IMG/VR virus record: IMGVR_UViG_3300037150_000108
Coordinates: 1 to 58,737 of that record
Origin: a virus
Taxonomy: Duplodnaviria; Caudoviricetes
Length of the DNA: 58,737 nt
Direction: 5' to 3' (one strand)
Position 1 is the first letter of the stretch, and each line of letters opens with the position of its first letter. The position numbers and the translations under genes were made by a program. Positions 54,601-58,737 of the stretch are shown piece by piece. Below the pieces are notes generated by a model. That model worked only from the letters and a program-made list of their open reading frames with translations, did no database searches and had not been told where the DNA came from.

Positions 54601-57600
54601 TGAGTTCCACCCCGAAGTCATCGGCAAGCCTATTCCCGAGCAGGTCGCAGCGGTCAAGCAGATGCTGGCGGATGGGAAAGACGTGTGGATCTTCACCGCG
54701 CGCGCCTCGCATCCGGACGGACTGCCTGCGGTCAAAGCGTGGACGAAGCAGCAGTTTGGCCGCGAGTTGCCGATCACAAACGTCAAGTATCCTAATTTTG
54801 AGCGATTTATCGATGACCGGGCAGAGTTGCCGGTGCAGATGCAGGAAGGCACAACTAAGCGCAACCGTGCTTTGGGAATAGATGAACCCGAGCGGATTCC
54901 TTTGAAGATGAAAGACGGCACGCCCTTTGTTCTTCAGCGGAAGTTCGCCGGACACTACGATGCTCTGGATGCAGAAGGAAACAAGATTGGGACGTTCGGA
55001 TACTTGCGCTATCCCAGCGGCGAATGGAAGATGGCAGGCGCTGAAGTAGAACCGCAATTCAGGCGCAAAGGTATCGCTACAGCCGCCTATGATGCACTCG
55101 AAAAGGTAGTCGGCGGGAAGTTTCAAGACACAGGAAGTCAGACTGACTACGGTAGATCATTCTGGGATTCCAGACGTGAGCAAGGAGGCAAGGATGCCAG
55201 TCAGCAATCTTCAGAGACGGTGGGCAAACAGCCCGAGCGGGGTAGCGGCACTCGGAGCGAAGAAAGTCAACGAGTGGAACCAGGAGTCAAAGGGAGTGAA
55301 GTTGCCGGAGAAGTCCAGCGGCCCAGCGCAGAGCCAGCAGGTGGAAGCAAGACTGCACAAGCCGGACCCGCACGCAGCGAAGGCGAAGTTCAAGGCAATG
55401 GCGGACAAGCGCAAGGGCCGGTAGAGAAGTTCAAAGCGCAGACCGAACAGCGCAAGCCGAAACCTTTGGCGCCGGGTGAATCAGCAAAGGAGCGAAATGG
55501 AAAACAAAAAGATAGTTCTAGCCCACGTACTGCGGACGCCGGAGGACGACCCGTTTCGGAAGGCGATGAGAGCGGTGGCGAAGGAACTCAACAGACGACC
55601 GAGTACAGTCCGGAAGTCACCCGCACCGAGGGCGTAGAAGACAAGCCGATCCCTGCCGCTGCACTGCAACTCAAGCCCCTGAAGGCGATGCCGCGCAATG
55701 GGACGATGCTCAAAAACTATGAGGGCGAATACCTGAAGGCTGCTCTAGAACCGGCACGCGCGGCGTGGGAGAAGCATTTGGAAGGCGTCCCTGAAGTTGG
55801 CTTTACCGAGCCGAAGACGCAGAACGGCCGCAAGCAGTTTACCGCGCAACTGATGACGGGAACCTATCCTCAGCCGTCGCTTGAAATCAAGGCGGGACGC
55901 GACAATATGTACGCGGTGATCTTCAGCGAATACCACACCCCAAAGGGCACCCAGCAGCCCATCAAAGTCGAACAGACGCTCGCCAGCGGCCTGAGCATGA
56001 AAGCGGCGAAGGATATGGCGGAAGCGCGGTTGCGCGGCGGCGAGATGACGAATCCCGGCGAACCGTTCTACTACAACAGCCGTGAAGTGCCCGACGTCAA
56101 GATCAAGAACACCGGGACAAAGCCGGATGGATTAGCGGCCAGCAAGCTCATCGTGCAGGTTCCAGGCGACGGTCGATTCACTATTCCTAACAACTTGACT
56201 GCCATCGAAGGGGCCATAGAGAAGGCTGACAAGTTCATTCCGCCGAAGGCAGACCGCTATGCGCTGCCCCGAGTTCCGAAAGCCCCGGACGAGTTCGACA
56301 ACGCGAAGCACATCGCCAACCTGAAGCGAGAGATAACGGACCTCGAAGCTGACGTGAAGCGTGCGGGCAACACTGGCGCTGCGTCGTCGTGGCAGGCCCA
56401 ACTGGATGCCACGCGGGAGCAGTTACGGGATGCGGAGGCAGGTAAGAATCAGTCCGAAGACCCGGAAGCAGGCTTCCTCGACATCTCCCCCCTCGTCAAC
56501 ATGGCTGCACCTCTGCGTGAAAACCTAGAGCATCGCAGCGAGATAGCCGACGTAGCCAACAACGTCCACGACGTTCTGCAAAGACTCGACCGCACCAACA
56601 AAGCCTCTACCCTCGAAGCCAAGGGCATTGCACGCGCTTTCCAAGATTCTGGATTCTCGAAAGAGGATGGCGATAAGGTCTTTGCCAGCATCGAAGACCC
56701 CAAAGTCCAACTGACCCCGGACCAGATCGGCCTCAAGTACAAGTGGATAGTGCCGCTCGACAAACGCGCAGCTAGCCAGCGCGCAATCACTTTGCTCATC
56801 AAGTCGCTGTCAGACAAAGATGCACAGAAGCGACGGGCGAAAGACGGAACAGAGTTCACACTCGAAGACATTCTGGCCGGCAGGGTTCCGCCCGAAGAGG
56901 TTGAGCGCGTTGCACCGGAGCAGCCGAACTACCAGCACCGCATCGCAGTAGACAAAAACACGTTGGTCGATCGCATCCTGGGCGACTCGATGAAGCGGTT
57001 CCGCGCTGGCGGATCTGCACTCTCCCGCACCTTCCCATCGAGCAATCGAAGCGTCTTCCACGAGATTCACGGTCCTGATGGCGAGAGAGAAACTGTTGCG
57101 GTCAAGCATGGCAGAGTCACTCGCTTCCGCATGGGCGCAGACGGTAAGCCGGTCCTCGAAGACTTGGGCGCCTTCCGCTCCGGCCTGACTGATGCAGGCA
57201 AGGAAACCGACGAGCGCATGGCTCCGTTCGTCCAGCGCATCACCGAATTGCGGAAAGAGATTGCGGAGATGCCCGAGGCTGACAGGCAGGAACAACTTGC
57301 CAGCGTGCAAGCGAAGATTGCCGACCTGCGCAAGCAGATGGACTTGCTCGATAAGGTCAAAGCTCCGGTAGGACGCACTTCGATGTTCGGCGGGAAGGTT
57401 GTCTATTCGACCGAGCCCACCTTTGGGCAGCGTGCGGAGATCTCGCGCAAGCTCGACGTACTCCTGAAGCGCGAGGAGCGGCTGAAGAACAGCACCGAGC
57501 CGATGCTCAAGAAGAATGTAACCAAGATGGAAGCCCGCAAGGAAGAGTTGAAGGGCAATGAAGACTTCCGCGATGCTGCACTCGACGAAGGCGAGAAGAT

Positions 57601-58737
57601 GCAGGGCAGGGTGTGGAAGGACAAGAACGGCGACCAGTGGAAGTTTGACCGCGGCACCACGAAATTCATCTCCCAGCAGACCGGCCAGGAGTACCACGCC
57701 AACGCCATGCTTTCCTCGCTGGTCAATTGGATGGAGACGAACAAGGCCATGAACGCCGCCGTCGTCATGGAGCGGCTGAAGGGCATCCTTGCGGATGAGG
57801 GTATGGCAGTCAAGTCGGATAATCCTCTGACCGTGCCCGACGGATGGAAGGGCACGACGTTGCAGCAGATGCGCGGCTACTACTTCCCGACGCACATCGC
57901 AGAAGCTCTGGACCAGTTTGACTACCTCCAAAGTCGGGGGCAGCCGAATATCGCAGAGAAGGCCAACCGCTTCATAATACAGACGGTGCTGATGAATCCG
58001 CTCATGCACGGCAAGAACATCGCAGCCAACTTCTTCACTGGCAAGGCAGCGGAGGCAATCACCGGGCGCGCTCTGGTTCCACGATGGTACGGAGACAACG
58101 CCAAGGCAGGCGTGAAGGCCGTCAACACCCTCAAGGACATGGGAGGGCCGGAGTACCGCCGTCTGTTGCGCCTGGGGCTTGATTTGCAGGGAGCAAGCAC
58201 CTCCTTCGACCAGACGACCAAGGACATTCTGCGAGGGTTCACCGACCAACTTGCGGCCGAGCCAGCGCAGAACAAAGCTCTGAGCGCGCTGATGGGCATA
58301 GCGGACGCCGGGAAGTGGTTGCAAGACAAGAACCATCTTGCAACCTTCGGCATCAACGACTTATTCCTGTTGCAATCGTTCTACGCACGCGAGTCCGAAC
58401 TCGAACGCCAAGGCATGCCTCAGGAGCAGGCGGAGACGGCAGCACGCGATTGGGCGCATCTCCAGGTAGCTGAGTACACGACGCCTATCCGGGTGGGTGG
58501 AAGTGCAGCGTTGGGCCGGCTGATGGAGAATCCGAACCTCTCAGCCTTCTGGCGCTACCACTTTGGCGGCATCTTGCGGCCGGTAATGAACGCCGTATCG
58601 GACGCAGTCGGATCGTTCAAGCCTGAGGAGGAAAGTGATCGCAACTCCCGAGGCCAGACCGAAGCGCAGGCCCGCATCAATGCGATTGCGCGGCTGGTGG
58701 TGTTGACAGCCTTCGCAACTGTCGTCTTTCCGAAGGT
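51689..58737 (+). CDS. Giant polyvalent ejection protein (>2300 aa, 3'-truncated): RelA/SpoT-like, 2H phosphoesterase, HAD phosphatase, GNAT, helical C-terminal region
   Basis: ATG right after the upstream TAG; no stop seen where translated by hand, and its absence from the ORF track is consistent with running off the window; motifs RLK/DHLGVRV/EVQ, LHVTVRYG/PHVTVAY, DLDKT/FTAR/IDDR, FRRKGIA. Confidence 0.85.
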   Translation, partial: MADAVMDGPWTDYAAPAKPQATDDGPWADYAPPAPPKSVAATTPIPENWPSQTDVDRPTYYHGDQGAPVGMAQSGPPGYTPPAPPTPKPPMPVSEGSMGITGMRQSGPPAFAPPSVTFNAPSQGGDNGGRISTMPQDRVAGTLQMAPPSVDMRYDTSQDPSGQSDPAARAGMVAQMAQDRATGTTRNAAQSMQNRQDYENWSSKLPRLVPEDHPLTPEEHQQIADLTAKAQAHKGPFTPTSQEMDLLRRDALQRPGIAGAVEMELRQKLSDFSRVDQLAMIMALPESKLVSLYFGGQMAVGAMHETPAAWAAYQRGHKELAARLATGAIVDAAMAALSAKHVVGDTPGKIINSFGAENWQGDLQVPDEDGTSAKPPMPGSPYGPTRAASPPVEHGPWEDFRPAAPVAPAPVQDTTRTFTAPANAARRPISADVAPAAPQSGVKFDTGPFDFDKFEGRPVVQGSTDPAAIRESAKAQEKPTVVAVEKAVAEVPGAEVDGSRLKNEASQQNKADRDKPVETQKDHLGVRVPADTPEAQTAAVGKIAEQMPVVGTEPLDNNGLKGTQVFVKTGEAGEANQTSEVQVVPTSQVEAMKETDPMYDEQKKALAAGDTAKAEEIGKQIHEIHDAALKSGGGVKSDHSGTLSPESNSEGGGDRGESPEPKEGGADNALPSLDNANAKTNQAEPVPQASTESKAVPTSESATGKKVASKYDSASTQANLPENSPAAKAVRAIQSQIPKPYLAGDGIVQDLHVTVRYGLKAEEITPELRQWIESQTPFQAKLGVTTSFPPSKYSDGASPLIVPVESPELHKLNAEIEKQGDFEPSSFPDYKPHVTVAYLDPNQVKNYEGTWLANGKSFPIDSITVSKRDGTTEDIAFKGKSAEVAPVKAGSTVKLPDGRIGPVIALKPNRSGDGWIKVGSARIPFKAGEAQVVDKNAPVEGVTSGTPGHETPKQGAIAVDLDKTLAEYKTGEFHPEVIGKPIPEQVAAVKQMLADGKDVWIFTARASHPDGLPAVKAWTKQQFGRELPITNVKYPNFERFIDDRAELPVQMQEGTTKRNRALGIDEPERIPLKMKDGTPFVLQRKFAGHYDALDAEGNKIGTFGYLRYPSGEWKMAGAEVEPQFRRKGIATAAYDALEKVVGGKFQDTGSQTDYGRSFWDSRREQGGKDASQQSSETVGKQPERGSGTRSEESQRVEPGVKGSEVAGEVQRPSAEPAGGSKTAQAGPARSEGEVQGNGGQAQGPVEKFKAQTEQRKPKPLAPGESAKERNGKQKDSSSPRTADAGGRPVSEGDESGGEGTQQTTEYSPEVTRTEGVEDKPIPAAALQLKPLKAMPRNGTMLKNYEGEYLKAALEPARAAWEKHLEGVPEVGFTEPKTQNGRKQFTAQLMTGTYPQPSLEIKAGRDNMYAVIFSEYHTPKGTQQPIKVEQTLASGLSMKAAKDMAEARLRGGEMTNPGEPFYYNSREVPDVKIKNTGTKPDGLAASKLIVQVPGDGRFTIPNNLTAIEGAIEKADKFIPPKADRYALPRVPKAPDEFDNAKHIANLKREITDLEADVKRAGNTGAASSWQAQLDATREQLRDAEAGKNQSEDPEAGFLDISPLVNMAAPLRENLEHRSEIADVANNVHDVLQRLDRTNKASTLEAKGIARAFQDSGFSKEDGDKVFASIEDPKVQLTPDQIGLKYKWIVPLDKRAASQRAITLLIKSLSDKDAQKRRAKDGTEFTLEDILAGRVPPEEVERVAPEQPNYQHRIAVDKNTLVDRILGDSMKRFRAGGSALSRTFPSSNRSVFHEIHGPDGERETVAVKHGRVTRFRMGADGKPVLEDLGAFRSGLTDAGKETDERMAPFVQRITELRKEIAEMPEADRQEQLASVQAKIADLRKQMDLLDKVKAPVGRTSMFGGKVVYSTEPTFGQRAEISRKLDVLLKREERLKNSTEPMLKKNVTKMEARKEELKGNEDFRDAALDEGEKMQGRVWKDKNGDQWKFDRGTTKFISQQTGQEYHANAMLSSLVNWMETNKAMNAAVVMERLKGILADEGMAVKSDNPLTVPDGWKGTTLQQMRGYYFPTHIAEALDQFDYLQSRGQPNIAEKANRFIIQTVLMNPLMHGKNIAANFFTGKAAEAITGRALVPRWYGDNAKAGVKAVNTLKDMGGPEYRRLLRLGLDLQGASTSFDQTTKDILRGFTDQLAAEPAQNKALSALMGIADAGKWLQDKNHLATFGINDLFLLQSFYARESELERQGMPQEQAETAARDWAHLQVAEYTTPIRVGGSAALGRLMENPNLSAFWRYHFGGILRPVMNAVSDAVGSFKPEEESDRNSRGQTEAQARINAIARLVVLTAFATVVFPK
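55194..55424 (+). CDS. Small basic protein overprinted in the +1 frame of the giant gene (76 aa)
   Basis: SD AAGGAGG; MPVSNLQRRWANSPSGVAALGAKKVNEWNQESKGVKLPEK. Confidence 0.6.
   Translation: MPVSNLQRRWANSPSGVAALGAKKVNEWNQESKGVKLPEKSSGPAQSQQVEARLHKPDPHAAKAKFKAMADKRKGR
55497..55637 (+). CDS. Second small overprinted ORF in the +1 frame (46 aa)
   Basis: SD AAGGAG; MENKKIVLAHVLRTPEDDPFRKAMRAVAKELNRR... Confidence 0.45.
   Translation: MENKKIVLAHVLRTPEDDPFRKAMRAVAKELNRRPSTVRKSPAPRA

Noticed and set aside
53912-55126. 404-aa minus-strand ORF
   Set aside because: Antisense to clear 2H, HAD and GNAT motifs on the plus strand
56810-58336. 508-aa minus-strand ORF
   Set aside because: Antisense shadow of the giant plus-strand gene; no motifs
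1-58737. Genome-wide TAG recoding
   Set aside because: Many genes (portal, scaffold, capsid) end at TAG followed by an SD, hairpin or new start; long genes are uninterrupted; the only tRNA has a CCA anticodon
1-58737. Integrase, att sites or host genes marking prophage boundaries
   Set aside because: None recognised; lifestyle cannot be determined from this window

Overview
The whole window reads as one tailed dsDNA phage or prophage with podovirus-like virion genes. An Acidobacteriota-type host is only inferred from protein style. Left to right it contains: (1) about 0.7-9.8 kb, five Ser/Thr/Gly/Cys-rich tail-fibre, lectin or beta-helix proteins, all with Sec-type signal peptides; (2) 9.8-11.9 kb, a lysis region; (3) 11.9-21.3 kb, a minus-strand early operon (HD alarmone-hydrolase-like protein, RusA, HNH-like protein, YqaJ exonuclease, Erf, pentapeptide-repeat protein, many small Zn-finger ORFs); (4) a divergent promoter region, then a DNA methyltransferase, a replication initiator carrying a GIY-YIG domain, and DnaB; (5) 26-28.5 kb, small genes including a full tRNA-Trp inside a Zn-ribbon ORF; (6) 28.5-32.2 kb, three more signal-peptide proteins; (7) portal, scaffold, major capsid, an Acb2/Tad1-like hairpin protein, adaptor and tail nozzle; (8) ejection proteins, including a pilot protein with a Hint domain and a >2300-aa polyvalent protein (51689 to window end). 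That last protein is missing from the ORF track and carries RelA/SpoT-like, 2H-phosphoesterase, HAD and GNAT domains plus two small genes overprinted in the +1 frame. No terminase, integrase, CI repressor, reverse transcriptase or CRISPR array was recognised. All calls come from motif reading and gene position; no database searches were run.
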